Below, piece after piece: positions 22,301 through 37,300 of a DNA stretch of 64,000 nt. Every line of letters begins with the position of its first letter. Position 1 is the stretch's first letter. The stretch covers positions 53,446,001-53,510,000 of the forward strand of contig CM059438.1 in the NCBI GenBank assembly GCA_030390025.1, in the 5' to 3' direction. Both the position numbers and the translations under genes were made by a program. Source of the stretch: Squalus acanthias (lineage: Eukaryota). Below the pieces are notes generated by a model, which was not told the origin of the DNA, did no database searches, and saw nothing but the letters and a program-made list of their open reading frames with translations.

Positions 22301-25300
22301 AGATCAGTCATTTTATTGGGTAAAGATCAGTCATTTTATTGGGTAAAGATCAGTCATTTTATTGGGTAAAGATCAGTCATTTTATTGGGTAAAGATCAGT
22401 CATTTTATTGGGTAAAGATCAGTCATTTTATTGGGTAAAGATCAGTCATTTTATTGGGTAAAGATCAGTCATTTTATTGGGTAAAGATCAGTCATTTTAT
22501 TGGGTAAAGATCAGTCATTTTATTGGGTAAAGATCAGTCATTTTATTGGGTAAAGATCAGTCATTTTATTGGGTAAAGATCAGTCATTTTATTGGGTAAA
22601 GATCAGTCATTTTATTGGGTAAAGATCAGTCATTTTATTGGGTAAAGATCAGTCATTTTATTGGGTAAAGATCAGTCATTTTATTGGGTAAAGATCAGTC
22701 ATTTTATTGGGTAAAGATCAGTCATTTTATTGGGTAAAGATCAGTCATTTTATTGGGTAAAGATCAGTCATTTTATTGGGTAAAGATCAGTCATTTTATT
22801 GGGTAAAGATCAGTCATTTTATTGGGTAAAGATCAGTCATTTTATTGGGTAAAGATCAGTCATTTTATTGGGTAAAGATCAGTCATTTTATTGGGTAAAG
22901 ATCAGTCATTTTATTGGGTAAAGATCAGTCATTTTATTGGGTAAAGATCAGTCATTTTATTGGGTAAAGATCAGTCATTTTATTGGGTAAAGATCAGTCA
23001 TTTTATTGGGTAAAGATCAGTCATTTTATTGGGTAAAGATCAGTCATTTTATTGGGTAAAGATCAGTCATTTTATTGGGTAAAGATCAGTCATTTTATTG
23101 GGTAAAGATCAGTCATTTTATTGGGTAAAGATCAGTCATTTTATTGGGTAAAGATCAGTCATTTTATTGGGTAAAGATCAGTCATTTTATTGGGTAAAGA
23201 TCAGTCATTTTATTGGGTAAAGATCAGTCATTTTATTGGGTAAAGATCAGTCATTTTATTGGGTAAAGATCAGTCATTTTATTGGGTAAAGATCAGTCAT
23301 TTTATTGGGTAAAGATCAGTCATTTTATTGGGTAAAGATCAGTCATTTTATTGGGTAAAGATCAGTCATTTTATTGGGTAAAGATCAGTCATTTTATTGG
23401 GTAAAGATCAGTCATTTTATTGGGTAAAGATCAGTCATTTTATTGGGTAAAGATCAGTCATTTTATTGGGTAAAGATCAGTCATTTTATTGGGTAAAGAT
23501 CAGTCATTTTATTGGGTAAAGATCAGTCATTTTATTGGGTAAAGATCAGTCATTTTATTGGGTAAAGATCAGTCATTTTATTGGGTAAAGATCAGTCATT
23601 TTATTGGGTAAAGATCAGTCATTTTATTGGGTAAAGATCAGTCATTTTATTGGGTAAAGATCAGTCATTTTATTGGGTAAAGATCAGTCATTTTATTGGG
23701 TAAAGATCAGTCATTTTATTGGGTAAAGATCAGTCATTTTATTGGGTAAAGATCAGTCATTTTATTGGGTAAAGATCAGTCATTTTATTGGGTAAAGATC
23801 AGTCATTTTATTGGGTAAAGATCAGTCATTTTATTGGGTAAAGATCAGTCATTTTATTGGGTAAAGATCAGTCATTTTATTGGGTAAAGATCAGTCATTT
23901 TATTGGGTAAAGATCAGTCATTTTATTGGGTAAAGATCAGTCATTTTATTGGGTAAAGATCAGTCATTTTATTGGGTAAAGATCAGTCATTTTATTGGGT
24001 AAAGATCAGTCATTTTATTGGGTACAGATCAGTCATTTTATTGGGTAAAGATCAGTCATTTTATTGGGTAAAGATCAGTCATTTTATTGGGTAAAGATCA
24101 GTCATTTTATTGGGTAAAGATCAGTCATTTTATTGGGTAAAGATCAGTCATTTTATTGGGTAAAGATCAGTCATTTTATTGGGTAAAGATCAGTCATTTT
24201 ATTGGGTAAAGATCAGTCATTTTATTGGGTAAAGATCAGTCATTTTATTGGGTAAAGATCAGTCATTTTATTGGGTAAAGATCAGTCATTTTATTGGGTA
24301 AAGATCAGTCATTTTATTGGGTAAAGATCAGTCATTTTATTGGGTAAAGATCAGTCATTTTATTGGGTAAAGATCAGTCATTTTATTGGGTAAAGATCAG
24401 TCATTTTATTGGGTAAAGATCAGTCATTTTATTGGGTAAAGATCAGTCATTTTATTGGGTAAAGATCAGTCATTTTATTGGGTAAAGATCAGTCATTTTA
24501 TTGGGTAAAGATCAGTCATTTTATTGGGTAAAGATCAGTCATTTTATTGGGTAAAGATCAGTCATTTTATTGGGTAAAGATCAGTCATTTTATTGGTAAA
24601 GATCAGTCATTTTATTGGGTAAAGATCAGTCATTTTATTGGGTAAAGATCAGTCATTTTATTGGGTAAAGATCAGTCATTTTATTGGGTAAAGATCAGTC
24701 ATTTTATTGGGTAAAGATCAGTCATTTTATTGGGTAAAGATCAGTCATTTTATTGGGTAAAGATCAGTCATTTTATTGGGTAAAGATCAGTCATTTTATT
24801 GGGTAAAGATCAGTCATTTTATTGGGTAAAGATCAGTCATTTTATTGGGTAAAGATCAGTCATTTTATTGGGTAAAGATCAGTCATTTTATTGGGTAAAG
24901 ATCAGTCATTTTATTGGGTAAAGATCAGTCATTTTATTGGGTAAAGATCAGTCATTTTATTGGGTAAAGATCAGTCATTTTATTGGGTAAAGATCAGTCA
25001 TTTTATTGGGTAAAGATCAGTCATTTTATTGGGTAAAGATCAGTCATTTTATTGGGTAAAGATCAGTCATTTTATTGGTAAAGATCAGTCATTTTATTGG
25101 GTAAAGATCAGTCATTTTATTGGGTAAAGATCAGTCATTTTATTGGGTAAAGATCAGTCATTTTATTGGGTAAAGATCAGTCATTTTATTGGGTAAAGAT
25201 CAGTCATTTTATTGGGTAAAGATCAGTCATTTTATTGGGTAAAGATCAGTCATTTTATTGGGTAAAGATCAGTCATTTTATTGGGTAAAGATCAGTCATT

Positions 25301-28300
25301 TTATTGGGTAAAGATCAGTCATTTTATTGGGTAAAGATCAGTCATTTTATTGGGTAAAGATCAGTCATTTTATTGGGTAAAGATCAGTCATTTTATTGGG
25401 TAAAGATCAGTCATTTTATTGGGTAAAGATCAGTCATTTTATTGGGTAAAGATCAGTCATTTTATTGGGTAAAGATCAGTCATTTTATTGGGTAAAGATC
25501 AGTCATTTTATTGGGTAAAGATCAGTCATTTTATTGGGTAAAGATCAGTCATTTTATTGGGTAAAGATCAGTCATTTTATTGGGTAAAGATCAGTCATTT
25601 TATTGGGTAAAGATCAGTCATTTTATTGGGTAAAGATCAGTCATTTTATTGGGTAAAGATCAGTCATTTTATTGGGTAAAGATCAGTCATTTTATTGGGT
25701 AAAGATCAGTCATTTTATTGGGTAAAGATCAGTCATTTTATTGGGTAAAGATCAGTCATTTTATTGGGTAAAGATCAGTCATTTTATTGGGTAAAGATCA
25801 GTCATTTTATTGGGTAAAGATCAGTCATTTTATTGGGTAAAGATCAGTCATTTTATTGGGTAAAGATCAGTCATTTTATTGGGTAAAGATCAGTCATTTT
25901 ATTGGGTAAAGATCAGTCATTTTATTGGGTAAAGATCAGTCATTTTATTGGGTAAAGATCAGTCATTTTATTGGGTAAAGATCAGTCATTTTATTGGGTA
26001 AAGATCAGTCATTTTATTGGGTAAAGATCAGTCATTTTATTGGGTAAAGATCAGTCATTTTATTGGGTAAAGATCAGTCATTTTATTGGGTAAAGATCAG
26101 TCATTTTATTGGGTAAAGATCAGTCATTTTATTGGGTAAAGATCAGTCATTTTATTGGGTAAAGATCAGTCATTTTATTGGGTAAAGATCAGTCATTTTA
26201 TTGGGTAAAGATCAGTCATTTTATTGGGTAAAGATCAGTCATTTTATTGGGTAAAGATCAGTCATTTTATTGGGTAAAGATCAGTCATTTTATTGGGTAA
26301 AGATCAGTCATTTTATTGGGTAAAGATCAGTCATTTTATTGGGTAAAGATCAGTCATTTTATTGGGTAAAGATCAGTCATTTTATTGGGTAAAGATCAGT
26401 CATTTTATTGGGTAAAGATCAGTCATTTTATTGGGTAAAGATCAGTCATTTTATTGGGTAAAGATCAGTCATTTTATTGGGTAAAGATCAGTCATTTTAT
26501 TGGGTAAAGATCAGTCATTTTATTGGGTAAAGATCAGTCATTTTATTGGGTAAAGATCAGTCATTTTATTGGGTAAAGATCAGTCATTTTATTGGGTAAA
26601 GATCAGTCATTTTATTGGGTAAAGATCAGTCATTTTATTGGGTAAAGATCAGTCATTTTATTGGGTAAAGATCAGTCATTTTATTGGGTAAAGATCAGTC
26701 ATTTTATTGGGTAAAGATCAGTCATTTTATTGGGTAAAGATCAGTCATTTTATTGGGTAAAGATCAGTCATTTTATTGGGTAAAGATCAGTCATTTTATT
26801 GGGTAAAGATCAGTCATTTTATTGGGTAAAGATCAGTCATTTTATTGGGTAAAGATCAGTCATTTTATTGGGTAAAGATCAGTCATTTTATTGGGTAAAG
26901 ATCAGTCATTTTATTGGGTAAAGATCAGTCATTTTATTGGGTAAAGATCAGTCATTTTATTGGGTAAAGATCAGTCATTTTATTGGGTAAAGATCAGTCA
27001 TTTTATTGGGTAAAGATCAGTCATTTTATTGGGTAAAGATCAGTCATTTTATTGGGTAAAGATCAGTCATTTTATTGGGTAAAGATCAGTCATTTTATTG
27101 GGTAAAGATCAGTCATTTTATTGGGTAAAGATCAGTCATTTTATTGGGTAAAGATCAGTCATTTTATTGGGTAAAGATCAGTCATTTTATTGGGTAAAGA
27201 TCAGTCATTTTATTGGGTAAAGATCAGTCATTTTATTGGGTAAAGATCAGTCATTTTATTGGGTAAAGATCAGTCATTTTATTGGGTAAAGATCAGTCAT
27301 TTTATTGGGTAAAGATCAGTCATTTTATTGGGTAAAGATCAGTCATTTTATTGGGTAAAGATCAGTCATTTTATTGGGTAAAGATCAGTCATTTTATTGG
27401 GTAAAGATCAGTCATTTTATTGGGTAAAGATCAGTCATTTTATTGGGTAAAGATCAGTCATTTTATTGGGTAAAGATCAGTCATTTTATTGGGTAAAGAT
27501 CAGTCATTTTATTGGGTAAAGATCAGTCATTTTATTGGGTAAAGATCAGTCATTTTATTGGGTAAAGATCAGTCATTTTATTGGGTAAAGATCAGTCATT
27601 TTATTGGGTAAAGATCAGTCATTTTATTGGGTAAAGATCAGTCATTTTATTGGGTAAAGATCAGTCATTTTATTGGGTAAAGATCAGTCATTTTATTGGG
27701 TAAAGATCAGTCATTTTATTGGGTAAAGATCAGTCATTTTATTGGGTAAAGATCAGTCATTTTATTGGGTAAAGATCAGTCATTTTATTGGGTAAAGATC
27801 AGTCATTTTATTGGGTAAAGATCAGTCATTTTATTGGGTAAAGATCAGTCATTTTATTGGGTAAAGATCAGTCATTTTATTGGGTAAAGATCAGTCATTT
27901 TATTGGGTAAAGATCAGTCATTTTATTGGGTAAAGATCAGTCATTTTATTGGGTAAAGATCAGTCATTTTATTGGGTAAAGATCAGTCATTTTATTGGGT
28001 AAAGATCAGTCATTTTATTGGGTAAAGATCAGTCATTTTATTGGGTAAAGATCAGTCATTTTATTGGGTAAAGATCAGTCATTTTATTGGGTAAAGATCA
28101 GTCATTTTATTGGGTAAAGATCAGTCATTTTATTGGGTAAAGATCAGTCATTTTATTGGGTAAAGATCAGTCATTTTATTGGGTAAAGATCAGTCATTTT
28201 ATTGGGTAAAGATCAGTCATTTTATTGGGTAAAGATCAGTCATTTTATTGGGTAAAGATCAGTCATTTTATTGGGTAAAGATCAGTCATTTTATTGGGTA

Positions 28301-31300
28301 AAGATCAGTCATTTTATTGGGTAAAGATCAGTCATTTTATTGGGTAAAGATCAGTCATTTTATTGGGTAAAGATCAGTCATTTTATTGGGTAAAGATCAG
28401 TCATTTTATTGGGTAAAGATCAGTCATTTTATTGGGTAAAGATCAGTCATTTTATTGGGTAAAGATCAGTCATTTTATTGGGTAAAGATCAGTCATTTTA
28501 TTGGGTAAAGATCAGTCATTTTATTGGGTAAAGATCAGTCATTTTATTGGGTAAAGATCAGTCATTTTATTGGGTAAAGATCAGTCATTTTATTGGGTAA
28601 AGATCAGTCATTTTATTGGGTAAAGATCAGTCATTTTATTGGGTAAAGATCAGTCATTTTATTGGGTAAAGATCAGTCATTTTATTGGGTAAAGATCAGT
28701 CATTTTATTGGGTAAAGATCAGTCATTTTATTGGGTAAAGATCAGTCATTTTATTGGGTAAAGATCAGTCATTTTATTGGGTAAAGATCAGTCATTTTAT
28801 TGGGTAAAGATCAGTCATTTTATTGGGTAAAGATCAGTCATTTTATTGGGTAAAGATCAGTCATTTTATTGGGTAAAGATCAGTCATTTTATTGGGTAAA
28901 GATCAGTCATTTTATTGGGTAAAGATCAGTCATTTTATTGGGTAAAGATCAGTCATTTTATTGGGTAAAGATCAGTCATTTTATTGGGTAAAGATCAGTC
29001 ATTTTATTGGGTAAAGATCAGTCATTTTATTGGGTAAAGATCAGTCATTTTATTGGGTAAAGATCAGTCATTTTATTGGGTAAAGATCAGTCATTTTATT
29101 GGGTAAAGATCAGTCATTTTATTGGGTAAAGATCAGTCATTTTATTGGGTAAAGATCAGTCATTTTATTGGGTAAAGATCAGTCATTTTATTGGGTAAAG
29201 ATCAGTCATTTTATTGGGTAAAGATCAGTCATTTTATTGGGTAAAGATCAGTCATTTTATTGGGTAAAGATCAGTCATTTTATTGGGTAAAGATCAGTCA
29301 TTTTATTGGGTAAAGATCAGTCATTTTATTGGGTAAAGATCAGTCATTTTATTGGGTAAAGATCAGTCATTTTATTGGGTAAAGATCAGTCATTTTATTG
29401 GTAAAGATCAGTCATTTTATTGGGTAAAGATCAGTCATTTTATTGGGTAAAGATCAGTCATTTTATTGGGTAAAGATCAGTCATTTTATTGGGTAAAGAT
29501 CAGTCATTTTATTGGGTAAAGATCAGTCATTTTATTGGGTAAAGATCAGTCATTTTATTGGGTAAAGATCAGTCATTTTATTGGGTAAAGATCAGTCATT
29601 TTATTGGGTAAAGATCAGTCATTTTATTGGGTAAAGATCAGTCATTTTATTGGGTAAAGATCAGTCATTTTATTGGGTAAAGATCAGTCATTTTATTGGG
29701 TAAAGATCAGTCATTTTATTGGGTAAAGATCAGTCATTTTATTGGGTAAAGATCAGTCATTTTATTGGGTAAAGATCAGTCATTTTATTGGGTAAAGATC
29801 AGTCATTTTATTGGGTAAAGATCAGTCATTTTATTGGGTAAAGATCAGTCATTTTATTGGGTAAAGATCAGTCATTTTATTGGGTAAAGATCAGTCATTT
29901 TATTGGGTAAAGATCAGTCATTTTATTGGGTAAAGATCAGTCATTTTATTGGGTAAAGATCAGTCATTTTATTGGGTAAAGATCAGTCATTTTATTGGGT
30001 AAAGATCAGTCATTTTATTGGGTAAAGATCAGTCATTTTATTGGGTAAAGATCAGTCATTTTATTGGGTAAAGATCAGTCATTTTATTGGGTAAAGATCA
30101 GTCATTTTATTGGGTAAAGATCAGTCATTTTATTGGGTAAAGATCAGTCATTTTATTGGGTAAAGATCAGTCATTTTATTGGGTAAAGATCAGTCATTTT
30201 ATTGGGTAAAGATCAGTCATTTTATTGGGTAAAGATCAGTCATTTTATTGGGTAAAGATCAGTCATTTTATTGGGTAAAGATCAGTCATTTTATTGGGTA
30301 AAGATCAGTCATTTTATTGGGTAAAGATCAGTCATTTTATTGGGTAAAGATCAGTCATTTTATTGGGTAAAGATCAGTCATTTTATTGGGTAAAGATCAG
30401 TCATTTTATTGGGTAAAGATCAGTCATTTTATTGGGTAAAGATCAGTCATTTTATTGGGTAAAGATCAGTCATTTTATTGGGTAAAGATCAGTCATTTTA
30501 TTGGGTAAAGATCAGTCATTTTATTGGGTAAAGATCAGTCATTTTATTGGGTAAAGATCAGTCATTTTATTGGGTAAAGATCAGTCATTTTATTGGGTAA
30601 AGATCAGTCATTTTATTGGGTAAAGATCAGTCATTTTATTGGGTAAAGATCAGTCATTTTATTGGGTAAAGATCAGTCATTTTATTGGGTAAAGATCAGT
30701 CATTTTATTGGGTAAAGATCAGTCATTTTATTGGGTAAAGATCAGTCATTTTATTGGGTAAAGATCAGTCATTTTATTGGGTAAAGATCAGTCATTTTAT
30801 TGGGTAAAGATCAGTCATTTTATTGGGTAAAGATCAGTCATTTTATTGGGTAAAGATCAGTCATTTTATTGGGTAAAGATCAGTCATTTTATTGGGTAAA
30901 GATCAGTCATTTTATTGGGTAAAGATCAGTCATTTTATTGGGTAAAGATCAGTCATTTTATTGGGTAAAGATCAGTCATTTTATTGGGTAAAGATCAGTC
31001 ATTTTATTGGGTAAAGATCAGTCATTTTATTGGGTAAAGATCAGTCATTTTATTGGGTAAAGATCAGTCATTTTATTGGGTAAAGATCAGTCATTTTATT
31101 GGGTAAAGATCAGTCATTTTATTGGGTAAAGATCAGTCATTTTATTGGGTAAAGATCAGTCATTTTATTGGGTAAAGATCAGTCATTTTATTGGGTAAAG
31201 ATCAGTCATTTTATTGGGTAAAGATCAGTCATTTTATTGGGTAAAGATCAGTCATTTTATTGGGTAAAGATCAGTCATTTTATTGGGTAAAGATCAGTCA

Positions 31301-34300
31301 TTTTATTGGGTAAAGATCAGTCATTTTATTGGGTAAAGATCAGTCATTTTATTGGGTAAAGATCAGTCATTTTATTGGGTAAAGATCAGTCATTTTATTG
31401 GGTAAAGATCAGTCATTTTATTGGGTAAAGATCAGTCATTTTATTGGGTAAAGATCAGTCATTTTATTGGGTAAAGATCAGTCATTTTATTGGGTAAAGA
31501 TCAGTCATTTTATTGGGTAAAGATCAGTCATTTTATTGGGTAAAGATCAGTCATTTTATTGGGTAAAGATCAGTCATTTTATTGGGTAAAGATCAGTCAT
31601 TTTATTGGGTAAAGATCAGTCATTTTATTGGGTAAAGATCAGTCATTTTATTGGGTAAAGATCAGTCATTTTATTGGGTAAAGATCAGTCATTTTATTGG
31701 GTAAAGATCAGTCATTTTATTGGGTAAAGATCAGTCATTTTATTGGGTAAAGATCAGTCATTTTATTGGGTAAAGATCAGTCATTTTATTGGGTAAAGAT
31801 CAGTCATTTTATTGGGTAAAGATCAGTCATTTTATTGGGTAAAGATCAGTCATTTTATTGGGTAAAGATCAGTCATTTTATTGGGTAAAGATCAGTCATT
31901 TTATTGGGTAAAGATCAGTCATTTTATTGGGTAAAGATCAGTCATTTTATTGGGTAAAGATCAGTCATTTTATTGGGTAAAGATCAGTCATTTTATTGGG
32001 TAAAGATCAGTCATTTTATTGGGTAAAGATCAGTCATTTTATTGGGTAAAGATCAGTCATTTTATTGGGTAAAGATCAGTCATTTTATTGGGTAAAGATC
32101 AGTCATTTTATTGGGTAAAGATCAGTCATTTTATTGGGTAAAGATCAGTCATTTTATTGGGTAAAGATCAGTCATTTTATTGGGTAAAGATCAGTCATTT
32201 TATTGGGTAAAGATCAGTCATTTTATTGGGTAAAGATCAGTCATTTTATTGGGTAAAGATCAGTCATTTTATTGGGTAAAGATCAGTCATTTTATTGGGT
32301 AAAGATCAGTCATTTTATTGGGTAAAGATCAGTCATTTTATTGGGTAAAGATCAGTCATTTTATTGGGTAAAGATCAGTCATTTTATTGGGTAAAGATCA
32401 GTCATTTTATTGGGTAAAGATCAGTCATTTTATTGGGTAAAGATCAGTCATTTTATTGGGTAAAGATCAGTCATTTTATTGGGTAAAGATCAGTCATTTT
32501 ATTGGGTAAAGATCAGTCATTTTATTGGGTAAAGATCAGTCATTTTATTGGGTAAAGATCAGTCATTTTATTGGGTAAAGATCAGTCATTTTATTGGGTA
32601 AAGATCAGTCATTTTATTGGGTAAAGATCAGTCATTTTATTGGGTAAAGATCAGTCATTTTATTGGGTAAAGATCAGTCATTTTATTGGGTAAAGATCAG
32701 TCATTTTATTGGGTAAAGATCAGTCATTTTATTGGGTAAAGATCAGTCATTTTATTGGGTAAAGATCAGTCATTTTATTGGGTAAAGATCAGTCATTTTA
32801 TTGGGTAAAGATCAGTCATTTTATTGGGTAAAGATCAGTCATTTTATTGGGTAAAGATCAGTCATTTTATTGGGTAAAGATCAGTCATTTTATTGGGTAA
32901 AGATCAGTCATTTTATTGGGTAAAGATCAGTCATTTTATTGGGTAAAGATCAGTCATTTTATTGGGTAAAGATCAGTCATTTTATTGGGTAAAGATCAGT
33001 CATTTTATTGGGTAAAGATCAGTCATTTTATTGGGTAAAGATCAGTCATTTTATTGGGTAAAGATCAGTCATTTTATTGGGTAAAGATCAGTCATTTTAT
33101 TGGGTAAAGATCAGTCATTTTATTGGGTAAAGATCAGTCATTTTATTGGGTAAAGATCAGTCATTTTATTGGGTAAAGATCAGTCATTTTATTGGGTAAA
33201 GATCAGTCATTTTATTGGGTAAAGATCAGTCATTTTATTGGGTAAAGATCAGTCATTTTATTGGGTAAAGATCAGTCATTTTATTGGGTAAAGATCAGTC
33301 ATTTTATTGGGTAAAGATCAGTCATTTTATTGGGTAAAGATCAGTCATTTTATTGGGTAAAGATCAGTCATTTTATTGGGTAAAGATCAGTCATTTTATT
33401 GGGTAAAGATCAGTCATTTTATTGGGTAAAGATCAGTCATTTTATTGGGTAAAGATCAGTCATTTTATTGGGTAAAGATCAGTCATTTTATTGGGTAAAG
33501 ATCAGTCATTTTATTGGGTAAAGATCAGTCATTTTATTGGGTAAAGATCAGTCATTTTATTGGGTAAAGATCAGTCATTTTATTGGGTAAAGATCAGTCA
33601 TTTTATTGGGTAAAGATCAGTCATTTTATTGGGTAAAGATCAGTCATTTTATTGGGTAAAGATCAGTCATTTTATTGGGTAAAGATCAGTCATTTTATTG
33701 GGTAAAGATCAGTCATTTTATTGGGTAAAGATCAGTCATTTTATTGGGTAAAGATCAGTCATTTTATTGGGTAAAGATCAGTCATTTTATTGGGTAAAGA
33801 TCAGTCATTTTATTGGGTAAAGATCAGTCATTTTATTGGGTAAAGATCAGTCATTTTATTGGGTAAAGATCAGTCATTTTATTGGGTAAAGATCAGTCAT
33901 TTTATTGGGTAAAGATCAGTCATTTTATTGGGTAAAGATCAGTCATTTTATTGGGTAAAGATCAGTCATTTTATTGGGTAAAGATCAGTCATTTTATTGG
34001 GTAAAGATCAGTCATTTTATTGGGTAAAGATCAGTCATTTTATTGGGTAAAGATCAGTCATTTTATTGGGTAAAGATCAGTCATTTTATTGGGTAAAGAT
34101 CAGTCATTTTATTGGGTAAAGATCAGTCATTTTATTGGGTAAAGATCAGTCATTTTATTGGGTAAAGATCAGTCATTTTATTGGGTAAAGATCAGTCATT
34201 TTATTGGGTAAAGATCAGTCATTTTATTGGGTAAAGATCAGTCATTTTATTGGGTAAAGATCAGTCATTTTATTGGGTAAAGATCAGTCATTTTATTGGG

Positions 34301-37300
34301 TAAAGATCAGTCATTTTATTGGGTAAAGATCAGTCATTTTATTGGGTAAAGATCAGTCATTTTATTGGGTAAAGATCAGTCATTTTATTGGGTAAAGATC
34401 AGTCATTTTATTGGGTAAAGATCAGTCATTTTATTGGGTAAAGATCAGTCATTTTATTGGGTAAAGATCAGTCATTTTATTGGGTAAAGATCAGTCATTT
34501 TATTGGGTAAAGATCAGTCATTTTATTGGGTAAAGATCAGTCATTTTATTGGGTAAAGATCAGTCATTTTATTGGGTAAAGATCAGTCATTTTATTGGGT
34601 AAAGATCAGTCATTTTATTGGGTAAAGATCAGTCATTTTATTGGGTAAAGATCAGTCATTTTATTGGGTAAAGATCAGTCATTTTATTGGGTAAAGATCA
34701 GTCATTTTATTGGGTAAAGATCAGTCATTTTATTGGGTAAAGATCAGTCATTTTATTGGGTAAAGATCAGTCATTTTATTGGGTAAAGATCAGTCATTTT
34801 ATTGGGTAAAGATCAGTCATTTTATTGGGTAAAGATCAGTCATTTTATTGGGTAAAGATCAGTCATTTTATTGGGTAAAGATCAGTCATTTTATTGGGTA
34901 AAGATCAGTCATTTTATTGGGTAAAGATCAGTCATTTTATTGGGTAAAGATCAGTCATTTTATTGGGTAAAGATCAGTCATTTTATTGGGTAAAGATCAG
35001 TCATTTTATTGGGTAAAGATCAGTCATTTTATTGGGTAAAGATCAGTCATTTTATTGGGTAAAGATCAGTCATTTTATTGGGTAAAGATCAGTCATTTTA
35101 TTGGGTAAAGATCAGTCATTTTATTGGGTAAAGATCAGTCATTTTATTGGGTAAAGATCAGTCATTTTATTGGGTAAAGATCAGTCATTTTATTGGGTAA
35201 AGATCAGTCATTTTATTGGGTAAAGATCAGTCATTTTATTGGGTAAAGATCAGTCATTTTATTGGGTAAAGATCAGTCATTTTATTGGGTAAAGATCAGT
35301 CATTTTATTGGGTAAAGATCAGTCATTTTATTGGGTAAAGATCAGTCATTTTATTGGGTAAAGATCAGTCATTTTATTGGGTAAAGATCAGTCATTTTAT
35401 TGGGTAAAGATCAGTCATTTTATTGGGTAAAGATCAGTCATTTTATTGGGTAAAGATCAGTCATTTTATTGGGTAAAGATCAGTCATTTTATTGGGTAAA
35501 GATCAGTCATTTTATTGGGTAAAGATCAGTCATTTTATTGGGTAAAGATCAGTCATTTTATTGGGTAAAGATCAGTCATTTTATTGGGTAAAGATCAGTC
35601 ATTTTATTGGGTAAAGATCAGTCATTTTATTGGGTAAAGATCAGTCATTTTATTGGGTAAAGATCAGTCATTTTATTGGGTAAAGATCAGTCATTTTATT
35701 GGGTAAAGATCAGTCATTTTATTGGGTAAAGATCAGTCATTTTATTGGGTAAAGATCAGTCATTTTATTGGGTAAAGATCAGTCATTTTATTGGGTAAAG
35801 ATCAGTCATTTTATTGGGTAAAGATCAGTCATTTTATTGGGTAAAGATCAGTCATTTTATTGGGTAAAGATCAGTCATTTTATTGGGTAAAGATCAGTCA
35901 TTTTATTGGGTAAAGATCAGTCATTTTATTGGGTAAAGATCAGTCATTTTATTGGGTAAAGATCAGTCATTTTATTGGGTAAAGATCAGTCATTTTATTG
36001 GGTAAAGATCAGTCATTTTATTGGGTAAAGATCAGTCATTTTATTGGGTAAAGATCAGTCATTTTATTGGGTAAAGATCAGTCATTTTATTGGGTAAAGA
36101 TCAGTCATTTTATTGGGTAAAGATCAGTCATTTTATTGGGTAAAGATCAGTCATTTTATTGGGTAAAGATCAGTCATTTTATTGGGTAAAGATCAGTCAT
36201 TTTATTGGGTAAAGATCAGTCATTTTATTGGGTAAAGATCAGTCATTTTATTGGGTAAAGATCAGTCATTTTATTGGGTAAAGATCAGTCATTTTATTGG
36301 GTAAAGATCAGTCATTTTATTGGGTAAAGATCAGTCATTTTATTGGGTAAAGATCAGTCATTTTATTGGGTAAAGATCAGTCATTTTATTGGGTAAAGAT
36401 CAGTCATTTTATTGGGTAAAGATCAGTCATTTTATTGGGTAAAGATCAGTCATTTTATTGGGTAAAGATCAGTCATTTTATTGGGTAAAGATCAGTCATT
36501 TTATTGGGTAAAGATCAGTCATTTTATTGGGTAAAGATCAGTCATTTTATTGGGTAAAGATCAGTCATTTTATTGGGTAAAGATCAGTCATTTTATTGGG
36601 TAAAGATCAGTCATTTTATTGGGTAAAGATCAGTCATTTTATTGGGTAAAGATCAGTCATTTTATTGGGTAAAGATCAGTCATTTTATTGGGTAAAGATC
36701 AGTCATTTTATTGGGTAAAGATCAGTCATTTTATTGGGTAAAGATCAGTCATTTTATTGGGTAAAGATCAGTCATTTTATTGGGTAAAGATCAGTCATTT
36801 TATTGGGTAAAGATCAGTCATTTTATTGGGTAAAGATCAGTCATTTTATTGGGTAAAGATCAGTCATTTTATTGGGTAAAGATCAGTCATTTTATTGGGT
36901 AAAGATCAGTCATTTTATTGGGTAAAGATCAGTCATTTTATTGGGTAAAGATCAGTCATTTTATTGGGTAAAGATCAGTCATTTTATTGGGTAAAGATCA
37001 GTCATTTTATTGGGTAAAGATCAGTCATTTTATTGGGTAAAGATCAGTCATTTTATTGGGTAAAGATCAGTCATTTTATTGGGTAAAGATCAGTCATTTT
37101 ATTGGGTAAAGATCAGTCATTTTATTGGGTAAAGATCAGTCATTTTATTGGGTAAAGATCAGTCATTTTATTGGGTAAAGATCAGTCATTTTATTGGGTA
37201 AAGATCAGTCATTTTATTGGGTAAAGATCAGTCATTTTATTGGGTAAAGATCAGTCATTTTATTGGGTAAAGATCAGTCATTTTATTGGGTAAAGATCAG

